From assembly GCF_018977255.1 (NCBI RefSeq), contig NW_024704742.1, forward strand, positions 45,262,001 through 45,326,000: a stretch of 64,000 nucleotides of DNA, written 5' to 3'. The DNA is from Callorhinchus milii (Eukaryota). The notes under the pieces were generated by a model. That model had not been told where the DNA came from. It made no database searches and saw only the letters and a list, made by a program, of their open reading frames with translations. A program made the position numbers and the translations under genes. Positions 12,511 to 25,630 of this stretch are shown here, piece after piece; position 1 is the first letter of the stretch; every line of letters starts with the position of its first letter.

Positions 12511-12950
12511 ACAATAATAATCCTTACGTTTGATATAACACGTTTCATGTTGGGAGAATGTCTCAAAGTATTTCAAAGGATATAATGTAAAGTGTATTAA
12601 TTGTGTATTTTGTAGGTTAATGAGGCAGCCAATTTGCCCACAGCAATGTCCCACAAACAACCATGCAGTGGATGACCTATTTTATTTGGGGAATTTTTGA
12701 CCAGTATACCAGAAGAAACTCCCATCTATTCGAATGGTGCTATGGATCATTCATATTCACCTGAGCAGGCAGGTGGGACCGTAAATATTTTAAAAACTCA
12801 TCAAAATGACAGCATATCTGACAATGCAGTATATCCCGAGCATTACGGTGAAGAATCAGCCTGGCCTGGGCAGTCCCAACATAGGATTTGAACCCACAAG
12901 TCTTCTCACTCAAGTAGTAAGAGTACTACCAACTGAGTCAGGAAGACACA
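12511..12950 (-). mobile_element. DeuSINE-like SINE
   Basis: Head gactcagttggtagtactc...gtgggttcaaatcc; tail tgtgggacattgctgtgggcaaattggctgcc...tatatcaaacgtaaggattattatt. Confidence 0.8.
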
Positions 12951-13784
12951 TAGATAATTAATTGTTGTATCAGGACCAAGAGATAGCATTTGTGAAATGT
13001 AACTTCATAACCCTGTGTACAAACAATTGTTTTTTTGCCAACTATATCAACAATTCATTCCTGATCCTATGGCAAGAAGGTTTGGTAACCTTCGGACGTT
13101 TCTCTCACCTGCTTACTTTACTGTATTACACACAGCTGGTGGAGTTCAAAACCTGTAACCTGTGTGAAAGTTATGGGAGTCCAGTCAATGCAGGGTTCAA
13201 CCATAAATTTACATCTGAGTGCATGTGGGTACGTTACCATTTTTTCCATCTTAATCTCAAAGTAGTATCTTTTACGGGATCATTGCAGTTTTTTTCAGCA
13301 ACCCAAGACATTATCTTACGTGAAGGGCACTATATAAATGCAAATTGTTGTTGTTTTTCACATTTTCTGTATGTTCTTAGTGCCTCTTTTTACTAAAATT
13401 GACAATTTATGCCACAATGTTAAGAGATCTGTATTGTGATTCAGTATGGCCACGAGGGCCATACCTACATGTTTTCAGATTTCAATGCTCACAACTTGTA
13501 GAGTGAGTAGATATTCATCTTATCTTTCTGACATACATTCAGAAGCTGATCACAAAGGCAAAACACAGTGTTGTACTTTGCAGTGCCACCGATGAAGCTG
13601 TGCCAATATCTGCACGACCTCAAGTCATTTTAAGTAAGTTATTTTAGGGAATTGGGACACTTTCTGTTTCCTGATTGGAATTCTTCATGTTGGGCGCAGT
13701 ATTATTCACCTGTTCATCATCTCTTGTACTGATCCAATATCAGCTTAATTAAGTAGCATTAAAAAAATATTTTTGCTGCTTGCT

Positions 13785-13895
13785 GAGGGCTGAATTGGCA
13801 AAGACATTGTGCTCCATGTGGAACTGAATCAGACATACTGGGAAGGTCCCAAGTTTCATCCCTGGTTTGTGTTGCATTAGTTGATCTCAGTTAGG
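13785..13895 (+). mobile_element. Ancient tRNA-derived SINE head (AmnSINE2-like from memory)
   Basis: gggaaggtcccaagtttcatccctggtttgtgttgcattagttgatctcag; related minus-strand remnants near 17590-17640, 18770-19020 and 52040-52145. Confidence 0.4.
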
Positions 13896-13897
13896 TA

Positions 13898-16065
13898 ACA
13901 ACAACAACACAAATAACAACAGAATTACATTTGTAAAGCCCCTTTCACATCGGGAGGACGGCCCAAGGTGCTGAACTGTCGGGATCAGGACCCGAGCGTG
14001 GGGGGCAGGGTTGGAATGAGAGAGGGCAAAAAGGTAGGAGGGCGGCTGAAGGCACGGTCAAAAAGGAGGGCTTGAGTCGTGCCTTGAAGGAGGCAAGAGA
14101 GGGAGCAAGACAAAGAGATTGTGGCATGGAGTTTCAAAGGTTGGGGGAAGAGAGACTGAAAGCCTGGCTGTCAATGGTACAGCGAATCGGGCAGGAGACA
14201 TGGAGCAGGCTGGAGCCTGTTGAACGGAAGAAGCGGACAAGTTGATAGGGTGTTAGCAGGTCAGAGAGGTTAGAGGGTGTAAGCCAGTGGAGGGCCTTGA
14301 AAGTGAGGATGAGGATTTTGAATTCTATCCTCTGAGGGATGGGGAGCCAGTGAAGCCAGGTGAGGGTGGGGGTGATAGGATCACAGTGCCTGATGCGGAA
14401 AAGGACACGAGCTGCAGAGTTCTGGATGATCTGCAGCTTGTAGAGGGAAGAGTTGGGGAGGCCGACCAGCGGGAAGTTTCCATAGTCGAGCCTTGAGGTG
14501 ATGAATGCATGTATGAGGGTTTCGGTGGCCTGAGGGGTGAGGCAGTGGCAGAGTCGGGCAATGTTGCAGAGGTGGATGAAGGTACAGGTCATCACACGGG
14601 TATGGGGGATAAAGAACAATTGAGGGTCGAACAAGATGCCCAGGTTCCTGACTGGCTTGGTGTGCAACCAAGGATGCTGCCAGTGTCTGAGGTGCTGAGG
14701 CACTGGCAGAGCCAATCAGGAGGGCCTCAGTTCTTACTGACATTCAACTGTAGAAAGTTGTATCTCATCCTGGACTTGATGTCTGACAAACAGTCTGTCA
14801 GGATGTCAGTTGTCCTGGAATTGAGGGTGGAGGCAGTGAGATAGAGCTGGGTGTCATCCCCGTACATGTGGAAGTTCACCCAGTGTCTGCAAATGATGTC
14901 ACCATATAGAGGTTGCAGAGGAGAGGACCAAGGATGGAGCCCTGAGGAATGCAGCAAGAGACTATGCATGAGCTGGAAGAGAAACTGTTGGCAGAGACAA
15001 ATTGGAAATGGTGTGAGAGATAAATCCTGAACCATTCAAGGAAAGAGCCTTGTAGGTTGAGGTGAGAGGAGAGGCGGTGGAGGTGGATGGAGTGGTCCAT
15101 GGTATCGTGCTTTGAGCAGCACGGAAACCCTATTTAAGGGCTCGTGAATGGAGTGGTAGGAGAAGAAGGAGCGAAGCTGAGAAGCAATGACTTTTGGAAA
15201 GAAAAGTGAGGTTGAAGATGGGCTGGTAGTTAGAAAGCAGGGATGGGTCCAGGGAAGATTTTTTCAGGATCAGGGTAATTAAGACGATGGGAATGGTACC
15301 AGATGATAGGGAGAAATTGATGGTGTCAGAGAGTAGAGGGGCGAGTAGGTGGAGCTGGATATTAAGGAGATGGTTAGAGATGGGGTCAAGGGATCAGGTG
15401 GTGTGTTTCATGCTGGATATGGTGGTGATGAGAGAAGAGGGGGAGACAAGTTCAAAGATGTAAAGGGATGGATGGTTAGGGGTCAGAATGTCGAGGGTTG
15501 AAGGGGAGGGAGTGGCATATGGGAGGGCGGAGGCAGCTGAATGGATCCCCTCGATTTTGAACTTGAGGAAATCCAGCATCTCCTCACTGTCAGAGTTTGT
15601 GCAGAGAATGGTGGAGGCATGCGAGAAGGGTGGATGGAGGAACCGGTTATAACAATAATAATAATGATCCTTGCATTTGATATAGTGCTTTTCACATCTT
15701 CTAGACGTCTCAAAGCGCTTCACAGAATATACTGTAAAGTGAATTGACTGTATATTTGTGGGCGAAATGCAGCAGCCAATTGTGCACAGCAGTGTCCCAC
15801 AAACAGTCGTGGATTGAAATAACCAATTTATTATTGTTTTATTTGAGTGATTTTTATCAGGCGTGTGGAGTAAGGAAACTTGTCCAAGGTTTCACCCTGC
15901 TGGGAATCGAACCCAGGTCTGTTGCTTGCAAACCGAGTGCACTAACCATTGAGCTGCAGGACCCCGGTTGGGTTATCTTGGAGTAGAAGGACGATTTGGC
16001 AGAGGCGAGGGTGGAGGAATATATTTTGATGTGGTCCAGCCAGATCTGCTGGTGGACTGCTAGAT
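13898..16065 (-). mobile_element. L2 LINE, long 5'-truncated copy (tail type B) interrupted by a SINE
   Basis: IPQGSILGPLL, FHMYGDDTQLY, FLQLNVSK, ETLIHAFITSRLDYGN, LHWLPIPQRIEFKI; continues past the SINE at 15966. Confidence 0.92.
15649..15965 (-). mobile_element. tRNA-Ala-like SINE, short subfamily, nested in L2
   Basis: Head ggggtcctgcagctcaatggttagtgcactcggtttgcaagc..gggttcgattccc; (tta)n tail; (cc)ggtt on both flanks is a possible TSD. Confidence 0.9.
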
Positions 16066-19000
16066 CAGATTAGATGAACAGGGAAGTGTTCTCAAAGCCC
16101 TGAGCAAAATAGAGGAAAAAAGTAGTTTTTGGACCTGTTTATTTGGCAGCACTTCTGAAAGAAGTGGGAGGTGATAAACACATGGATTATAGTTCTACCA
16201 CAAATGAATACCCTGTCCATACACACTGTAAAAGCTAAATAATGGCCTCTAAGAAAATATATGAGAATGTGACTGGTGACCCAAAATTGAAAAGGGATAA
16301 AGATTAGTGCTTTACCTCCTTTTATATGTGATTTTTATTTGACAAGATTTTTCCTTCAAGAAAAAGATTGGTTTGTGAAATTTTACTGAGCCACAAATAA
16401 TTTCCATTGTCCTCATTAAAATGCTCTATCCTGATCCCCTCCTTGATTTTTTATATTATTTTATTGCAGCCTGCCTCTCAATTTCAGTTTGATACTTAAA
16501 GCAACATAAGTGTAGTTTCATGCATTTCAGAAACGTAGGAAAGAATAAATAACTGCAGACATCCTTAAACTCACATATGGTTAAGCGAAAACTACTCTGT
16601 GGTGAACATTCACATACGCGTTCAAACAAAACCTATTCACCAGATAGCACCACAGAAATGTAAAACACAGAAGGGTTTATACTCCCTCGTGTCTATGTTG
16701 ATTCTTTGAAAGAGCAATCCATTGAGTCCTATTTACTTGGCTTTTCCCCATAGTTATTCCTTTTTAGAATATATGCATCAGATAGTGGGAGAGTTTGGCA
16801 TGAAAGTCAAATACATAGTAGTCTAAAATGTGATGTTTGCAAATAGATAAACTGTGCTAATTGTGGCTTCTGTTTTGTGCCTGCAATTGTGCAATTCACT
16901 AACATATTCACCAAAATACTACAGCACCGAATGCCAGCAAGTCTCTTTGCTACTGAACCCTGTCCTCATTTTGCGCCGTTTGTCAGCTGAGGAAAAATCT
17001 TTCCAGCTTCGAACAAAGAAGTGGCACTCGTTTAGTTTCTGGTGACCTCAGCTAAAATGGACTCAATAAGGTTATTGCTCCTCTTTTCAGGGGATACTTC
17101 ACGATATGACCCAAGAGCAAAATGCTAGATACAACAGCAAACCTTAACTCGGTGTGAGCTCTGCAAAGCTACTGAATGTCATCATTTAACAAAAATCGCT
17201 TAAAAGCATGAAGGTTAGGGTTTTAATGGGTTTTAAAACCCTAAGAATCTACCACACCAATTATCTAAATCTACAGCTTTCATTTCTTTGAAGCTAGACA
17301 CAGAATTTGGTTATTGCAAGTTATTTAGAAATAGTTTGCTCCAAACGTCTCCCCTGTCCTATCCTAACCTGAAGGCAATGGTTAATATTGGAATTTGGTT
17401 CAATGGGCACTGACAGCTTTCTAGTAATTTACCCAAGTGTAGGGGAGCACAATATCTAAGCCTCATTCTCTCATCAGCTCACACATAATAGCACTTTACT
17501 AGTAGTGTAGTGACTGTAGAGTTGTAGGCGAGCATGGCAGCCTCTTTGTACATGGCAATGTCCCACAAAAAGAATTCCTTAAAGACCTACACTTTCAGCA
17601 GGTATCAATGGACAATGATCAGAACAAGGAACCTGAATGCGCACCAGGAATCTACCCTGTGTGAAGGGCACTATATAAATGCAAGTAATTGTTGTTGTTG
17701 ATCAAGTTACCATGGAACCTTTGCTGCCATGGTAATTTGATGTCAAATATAGATTCCCCATTCTTGCCTGTGACCTTTTCCTACTACCAAAGGGTCAGAC
17801 CTACACTGCAGTAAACAAAATCAAAATAACCGTGATGTGGCATCATGAGAAAATAAAACTAGGTGGTTAAGTAGGCCAAAGAGGTCTCATACCCCCAAGA
17901 ACTGTTTCTAGTCCCGACTCTTGACTCTCGCCAGATCTACCTCATGATGTATACAGTGATAGAATGTTTACAGCATTGGAGGCTATAGTGTCTCAGAGGG
18001 TTACAATGCCCGTGGCCTTTACTTTCCCCTCTTTTATTTTTCTTTCACAAACACTTGTCTAATTCCCTGATAAAGCTTGATGATTTATGCTTAAACCGCA
18101 AAACAAGCTCCAAAGGGCCTCATGCATTGAATTCATATCCTAAATAACCATGGCCTTTCTCCATATCCTAAATAAACCTCCATGAAATAAAAATGAATCT
18201 CCTAGCCTTTCCCTTTGCTTTTTGGTATTGATCCAAGTGCTATTCACAATGAGGCCCTGTAACCAACTCTCAAATTCTCTCCATGACCGCCTCCCCTTCC
18301 TTCCCCATCATTGAATGATGATACACTTTATAAGCTGTTGTGCCGTTCATTTAGTGTTAACCCATCCAAGTACGATGTTGCAATACTCAAATAGTTTGAA
18401 TCAGCAGTGGGAGTTGAAACATAAGCTTGTTGTAATTGACGATAATTCATCATTTTTAAATATATTCATATGGCAAAAGTTTAGTTTATACATTTGGGAT
18501 GGTCCATGACTCTTTTTAGTAAAAAAAACTGATGGGATATTGGCATTGATATTATACAGTAACATGTGGTTTTGGTTTTCTTACTCATGTGTTTCTTGCC
18601 AATTTTCTCCTTCAAATTTTTCTGCAATGATATATTTCTCCCTTTCTTTTGCGAAAGCATTTGGCTGTTGTTTCTGCTTTCCAGTCATGCATAGTTTCCA
18701 GAAATCAGCCTCTTCTTTCACTCCCAAATGGTCTCCGTGCATGTTTTAACTTTTGCAATGAGTGTCGTCGGGCTCTTCTACTTGGGAAAGCAGCCCAGCT
18801 TCCCTAATCCTGTCCTCACATGCCATCGACATGAGAGGACTTCAAGCAAAAATCACTGAAATAGTGGGTGTATCCACAACCTAATCCAAGATCCTGTGGC
18901 TGTTTTAAGATCCTTTCAATGCCACCTTGATTGAGCACAACACAGATTGGGAATGAAACTGGGACCTCTCAATTTGTACCCTGCACCTACTCTCTGAAAA

Positions 19001-20418
19001 AAACACTTTGAACCATCAAAAGGCATGTTGGTTTTAGTGTCACATTGTAATTTGCTTCTCATTCTTGGTGGAATTGCTCCTTTGGCTTTAATGCTAGCTG
19101 CATGTCAGATAATTACATTGATTTATTGCTGTTGGTAATTTTTATATTTCCAAATCTATTTCAACAAGAAACTTTTTTTTCAAATTTTGCTATATCTTAG
19201 CATAAACCTCTCAATCCAGTGACACTGTAGTCAAACATTGTATGAGTTTAATTAAGCATTTTTCCCTATAATCTCATACTTACTGACATGATATTAATTG
19301 GATTTGAAAATGGGATTAAAATATCAGTGTAATCCCTTAGAATAATTCTCAGTCACCGATTTTTTTTAATTAAGCAGAAGCACAGCTCTTAGGTGTAAAT
19401 GCTACAAGTTTCATTAAAGTTTTGAAACTCACATATTGCATACTGATAAAATAACAACAACAACTTGCATTTATATAAGCACCCTTCACATACTACACAA
19501 TCGACATGTGTATTTTTTGTGAGGGTGAGGGCATTATAGAGGCTGTCCCTTACCTGAATGTTACATTGGCTGCCACTTTTGTTCCACTTTTCTAACATTA
19601 GATTCATATCATTATTTGTACCACAAATCTGTACTAAAATGAAGTTGATATAAATGAATCTTCCTACAGATGTTAGAACCATGTAAGTAGGAGATCAACC
19701 TTCTTTTAGCAGCATTTTCAATAAAACAATTTGAAGAAACGAAACCATTTTGGAAATATATGCAGACCTAAAAACAGAAAAAAATATACATAACTTTTAT
19801 ATTCAACCTGCAATGGGGATATGAGTAAACACAAAATATTAATTATTATAATTTAAGCATTTATTAACCGCTTGTAATGCTATTTACAAGAGTTACACAC
19901 AGCATTGGAACAGAAAAAGCTTTTTTAAAATCTCGTTGGTGTTCTTGAAGAACATGTTTTTACATACTGGGTTGCCTTTTAGAAAAGATTTGTTCTTCTC
20001 TTTTCACAAATCAGTCTTTTAATTGTTTCCTCGGGCAATTTTACTACATCAGCATTTCATTATGAAACAACACACACTTGTCTTTGTCTATGTGCCACTC
20101 AGAGGAGAGACTAAACAAGAAAGGTTTCCATTTCACCAGAGTTCAAAAGTCATTTGAATTGATTTGCATATAATCTGCATAGATTCCACATCTGAACAGC
20201 AATACACATCTGAAGAAGCCTAATTCGAAAAATAAATTGCCAAACAAATAAATCCTCTTTTAACTGAGGGGCCAACTTTAAGGGTTTTTGGCTAAATTAT
20301 TCATATTTTTCAAGCATAAAGCTTCATATAAATTTTTGCCATTAAAGCTATGAAGGTTATTGATAATCAGCCAATGTTCCAAAATGTATTAATACAACAT
20401 TAATATTGTTAATATTAT

Positions 20419-20787
20419 GGAGTCCTATATCATAGTGGTTAGTGCGCTCGCCTCACAAGTGAGAGGACCCAGTTTTGACTCCCGAGTGGGGCAACATCTT
20501 GGCCGAGTTTCCTTACTCCCCATGCCTCTGTTTGCCTAGCAGTAAGTAGGAATTAGGGGAATCACTTTTCCAGGGGTAATAAACCCTTCAAAAAAGATAT
20601 AATAATAATTTGGCCACTCAATCCACGCCTGTTTGTGGGACACTGATGTTTGCAATTGATTGCCATGCTTTGCCCACAACATACACAGTTAATTCACTTT
20701 ACAATATATTCTGTGAAGCGCTTTGAGACCGCCTCAACAAAGTGATAAGGCACTGTATCAAATGCAAAGATTATTATTGTTACTATT
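20419..20787 (+). mobile_element. tRNA-like SINE, long subfamily
   Basis: ggagtcctatatcatagtggttagtgcgctcgcctcacaagtgag; internal ctgtttgcctagcagtaagtagg; L2-like tail. Confidence 0.85.
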
Positions 20788-21145
20788 AACGTACTAGGGC
20801 CTCTATGCCTAAGAATCACGTTTTTGAAGCATATTAGTCATCATCAACTACCAGAACCATTTATTGTGAATCATAGCAATTTCGTAAATATATCAACATT
20901 CGCCATGGAAATACTGTAGTGCCCCACAACTCAGCAGTAAGCATGGTAAAGCATGATAGTACAGAAACAAGGAGAAATTCCACCCAGCTTCAGATTTTCT
21001 CAACTTTCTCAACATTTCAGAGACTAGAACTTGTCAAATTCCTAAACACCGTCTCAATTTGAAATCCAGCTTTCTGTTAGTACTTTTAAGATGCCATTTA
21101 AAAATAGAGTACATGTAGGCCCAGAATAAATTTCTCCCCCAAAGG

Positions 21146-21720
21146 ACAACAACAACAGCAAAAACTTGAATTTAATTAGCGCCCCTCACGCAGGGTAGCA
21201 TCCCAGAGTTCTTGGCAGTGGCAGAGGACGACTCCAAGCCGGCGGGAGGCGGGAGGTGCCCATTATAAATGGAATCTTGTTGTTGTTGTTGTTGTTGAAG
21301 AGGAAGTTCTTCAGGCATGATCTGAAGATGGGTAAGGAAGGGGCAAGGCGGAGGGATAGGGACCATGAACAAGAAAAGGGAAGAAACAAATCAGACTGCC
21401 AGAGTTTTGGGATGGAGTGGCTGAAAGCGCACCCACTGTTGATGGAACGGAGGGCACGAGGGACATGCAGGAGGTCAGAGCCAGTCGATTGGAGGCAGTA
21501 GGTAGTGGGTTGGGTAGTAAGCAGGTCGGAGAGATAGGAAGGTGCCAGGGCATGAAGAGATTTGGAAACGAGTGTGAGGATCCTGAAATCAATCCGTTCG
21601 GCGGTAGGGAGCCAGTGGAGCTTGGCTACAACTGGTGTAATGGGCGTATGGAGTTTAGTATGGGTGAGTATGTGGGTGGTGGAGTTTCGGATTAGCTGGA
21701 TCCTGTGGTTGATGTAGCTG
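21146..21720 (-). mobile_element. L2 LINE 3' fragment (tail type A)
   Basis: IQLIRNS..ITPVVAKLHWLPTAERIDFRIL..LHALAPSYLSDLL (ORF 21186-21824). Confidence 0.88.
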
Positions 21721-22004
21721 AGGAGACCAAGCGAGGAGCTCATTTGGAAAGTCGAGTCGTGAGGTGATGAAATTTCTCCCCAAAGGTCAATAAACAAGCA
21801 GATAAAATAATGTACATGCACCATAATAACAAGAAAACCTTCTGGAGCCTTTGGTAACTTTATGAAAACCTTATAAAAAGTAAATCAGTCATGTCACAAA
21901 CAACAATACTCCATCACTTGTGTGACACTCAAGAGATGCGCAGGTGGCACCATTCAGTGGACCAGTTTCTGGTATGTGCTCCCTATTTAGATCTTCACAA
22001 TGGT

Positions 22005-22223
22005 AAGTGATCAAATTATTCTTATTATTTTTATTTGAAGGGATTATTATTCCGGAAAAAGCGATTCGCCAATCAGCTAACAACTGAGTTTGTACTTACT
22101 GTAAGTAAACAGAAGCGTGTGGAGTATGGAAACTTGCCTAACATTTTGCCCCACCAGGGGAATTGAATTCCATGCCCTCTCCCTTGCGAGGCAAGAACTC
22201 TAACCATAAAACTACAGGACTCC
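22005..22223 (-). mobile_element. tRNA-like SINE, long subfamily, 3'-truncated
   Basis: ggagtcctgtagttttatggttagagttcttgcctcgcaag; cttctgtttacttacagtaag internal block. Confidence 0.8.
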
Positions 22224-22501
22224 ACATTGATCTGAAACATCCCATCAAACAACCATCATCAAGGCCCCAATTAAGACCTTTCTCTATGTTTCTATAACAT
22301 ACTCCCAGTTCTACCAAATAATGTCATATAAAGATGTCTGCATGAGCTAGCTAGTATAGTTCTATCCAACAAATATGTCATACCAAACAAGGGACACAAT
22401 AAATTTGTACTAATTTCAGGGTCATATTGGCTGTTTAGCAAACTTGCTTTAGAGTACTCTGAAGCTGCAGCACTTCAATACCAGCTCAGAATATATTCAT
22501 A

Positions 22502-22740
22502 ATACAATACAAATTTACATTTATATAGTGCCTTTCACATCAGGAGGATATCCCAAAGCACTTTACAATCTTGGCTTGGCACCTGAGCTGGGGTATGAGC
22601 CAAGACGATGGGGAGGGGAGAGATAACCAAAAGCACATTCAAAGAGGTATGTGTTGAGACAGACCATGAACAAGACGAGGGAAGAAACAAATCAGAGGGA
22701 CTCTAGGCTGGTAATGCCATCCTGTTTGTATGTGGTGGGA
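22502..22740 (-). mobile_element. L2 3' tail fragment (type B)
   Basis: gggatatcctcctgatgtgaaaggcactatataaatgtaa on minus strand. Confidence 0.7.
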
Positions 22741-23499
22741 GAGGCGGAAGAGGAAGTAAATGGTATCTATCTAGGTCTGATTTGCTCAGAGAAAACTCAC
22801 CTGGCAAAATCCTCCTCATTCTTTAGTAATCCAAAACAACCTTAGAGATGCAGATAAATCCTCAATTCCATAAGCCAAAACCCCAACAGATAGGGAATTA
22901 CTAGCTGGATAATTATTGCCATTAGGGTTGTTGATGATTATATTGTTGTAGAATGTCATTGATGCAGTAAAAATAACCAGCTTATTAGTAGAACATAGTG
23001 TGTAATAGAACATCATGTTCCTAAGACTTGCCAAGGATTGACATTCTTAGTTACGCAGGATGTCAGAATGAGAGCGATTACTCAAGATCCCTTATTGGAA
23101 ATTCAAATTATGTCAGGATGACATAGGTGGCAAGAATTATAGTTTCCTCAAAGGCATCTCACCCTGGAGACAAAATCTGACCCAACTTTGCTTTTAATCA
23201 AACAAACAAAATCTCCAAAGATTTTAAACGTTGTACAGTTATGGTGACAACTGAAGTAACGTTTTAATTTGCAAAATAATTTGTATAGCAAATCCCAGAT
23301 GTGTTCCAAGCTGTGAATCCACTGCAACTCCACTCAGACACCAATTTAACAGAAACTGAGATCAGCATGTAAGCAAATTTCAAAGGATTGGACTTCAACT
23401 CTTTTGGGATTTTTATTTACAAACCCTTTGAGAATATCTTCTGTTATGTATATTATCAGCACTCAATAAGAACAATAATCATTGCAATCAATATGGCAC

Positions 23500-23839
23500 A
23501 TTAATATCACACTTTGAAGCACTTCACATGATTTCACTGTGAAGTGTAGCAACTGTGTATTTTGCAATTTCCTACAAGCAGCCTGAAGTGAATGATCAAT
23601 TTTATCTGAAAGATTGTTGGCCAGGACACATGAAGAAATTTCCTTAATTCTTCAATTAGTGTCATGGGATCTTTATCTGAACAGGCATAGGGGACATTTG
23701 GCTTTAATGTCTCATCTGACAGACAGTATATCCAACATTGCAGCACTGCATTTGAAATGTCAGTGTAGACATAGAGGTTGAAGCCAATTCCTTCTGATTC
23801 AGAGGTGAGCATGCTACCAACTGAGCTAAACTGACACCT
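23500..23839 (-). mobile_element. DeuSINE-like SINE
   Basis: ggtgtcagtttagctcagttggtagca head; gatgagacattaaagcc...aaagatcccatgacact core. Confidence 0.8.
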
Positions 23840-25298
23840 ATTTCAAGGCTCACATAAAGGAAGAATGCATAAAATGCACTTCAATGCGCTGGTTCAAAAT
23901 AATATTAGCAGCATGACTGGAGTTTAACAATCAGCAGACATTTGTGTGCATATTTTCTTAAGATTTGTTATTGTCTTAAAAGAACAAAAAGGCAGGCACA
24001 CTTTTAGATTACTGCTCTTGCTTTCCAGGATTCTCTAAGTAGAATCCAACTAATATCAATAGATACTTACACATTTAAATATATTTTTTTCTGCCACTTT
24101 GGGAAAAAAATAGATTTTTGGACAAAGACAATGACCACCAAGTTGAATACCAGTGAGTTTTCAAGCACCAGCCGTGAGGGAAAACAAACAAGATTGATGT
24201 CACGTGATGTTTCTATAAATGCTGGGGTACGCAAATTGAACTTATTTAATTGAAGCTTAAATGCTAAAGGAAAAAAACAGTTCAGCTCGCATTCTCATGT
24301 AGCTAATCATGTTGTCACTGTTAAAGCGATTGCAGCCCTCCTTCAGCTGTTTAATGATAAGTGTTCATAAACTTCAATGGAGAAAGCTCTCAGTTGAGCT
24401 CAGTTGCTCCTTTTATCTGGTGTGCTCATTATCCTACTTTAAAAGTCTTCCGCTGCAACCCTTTCGTGGTTATATGGATTATGTAAAATGCAAGTTTCCT
24501 CCCCCTCCCCTACTGAATGTTGCAACTCCGTGCATATTCCAAGAAGTGAAATTAGCTTTTTAACTCGTAGTATTTATGATTTCAATATGAATTATTGTTA
24601 TTTACAACAGGGTTAATTACAACTTTCTATATGTGTTTATATATCTCTTCCTCTCTGTGATTGTCTCTCTTACTGCCTCTGTGTCTTTGTGTTTGTTTTT
24701 CTATGCCTGCCTTTTGTTTTGTGAGTATGTATGTGTCTGTTCTCCTCTTCTATATTGCAAATATTCCTGGAGCACTTTTCCCCTCGCCTACTTGAGTTAA
24801 CAGATATTTTGTGTCTGTCTGATTGCTTTCCTGACCTTTTCTTCTGTTTCCTTCTGGCTTCTAGCAAGTGCTCATCTTACTTAAAGACAAATAATAGCAG
24901 GGCATCTGGTCATGGTCCAGTACAATGACCTGCTGGAGAAATACTAATTATTATTTTAATATTAATGCTGAAATTGCCCAATGATTGGAACATCTAACAG
25001 TAATGAAAGGATTAAAATGCAAAGCACTTACAGTGCCAATTTTCTCTCTTAATGATTTGGGGGTGTCAGGAAGTCAGGAATCTTTATCACAAAGCTATGG
25101 AAGATTGTTTATCATTCCTAGAAACAGATAGCGGCATAAGAATCATCTTGTCTGAATACTTACATTAGTAATTAACCCTTAAACTGACATGTGCCAGTGA
25201 CGCAAAAAGGGTTTTGGCAGCACTTGGAGTAAGGTAGGTGCAGACGGACAAATTATCAGAGGTGAAGAAAAACAGTGTGGTCAGAGATTGGATGTGAG

Positions 25299-25630
25299 GG
25301 AGTCCTGTAGCTCAAGGCTAGAGCTCTTGTCTCGCAAGCAAGTGGCCTGGGTTTGAATTCTGGCAGGGCAAAATGTTGGGCAGGTTTCCTTACACCACAT
25401 GCCTTTGTTTACCTAGCAATAAATAGGAATCCGGTTGTTAGTCGATTGCAGATCGCTTTTCCAGGGGTAATAATTCCATCAAAAAAAATTGGTCACTTCA
25501 ATGTACGACTCCGAATTTCACCCACAAAATATGCAGTTAATTCACTTTACATTATATTCTGTGAAGTGCTTTGTCACGTTTCGAAGACATGATAAGATGC
25601 TATATCAAATGCAAGGATTAGTATTATTAT
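25299..25630 (+). mobile_element. tRNA-Ala(CGC)-like SINE, long subfamily, nested in an old L2 fragment (~25215-25770)
   Basis: ggagtcctgtagctcaaggctagagctcttgtctcgcaagcaag; tttgtttacctagcaataaatagg; tail tatatcaaatgcaaggatta. Confidence 0.85.

Noticed and set aside
14134..14715. Long ORFs (193 aa here; also 21186-21824, 27569-28231, 36223-36654, 61824-62348) as genes
   Set aside because: Fragments of L2/CR1 ORF2 bounded by stops and frameshifts; no intact element or domesticated gene.
22801..22840. 40-nt minus-strand exon candidate ending CAG|gtgagt
   Set aside because: Weak acceptor and no recognisable protein; such donors occur by chance.
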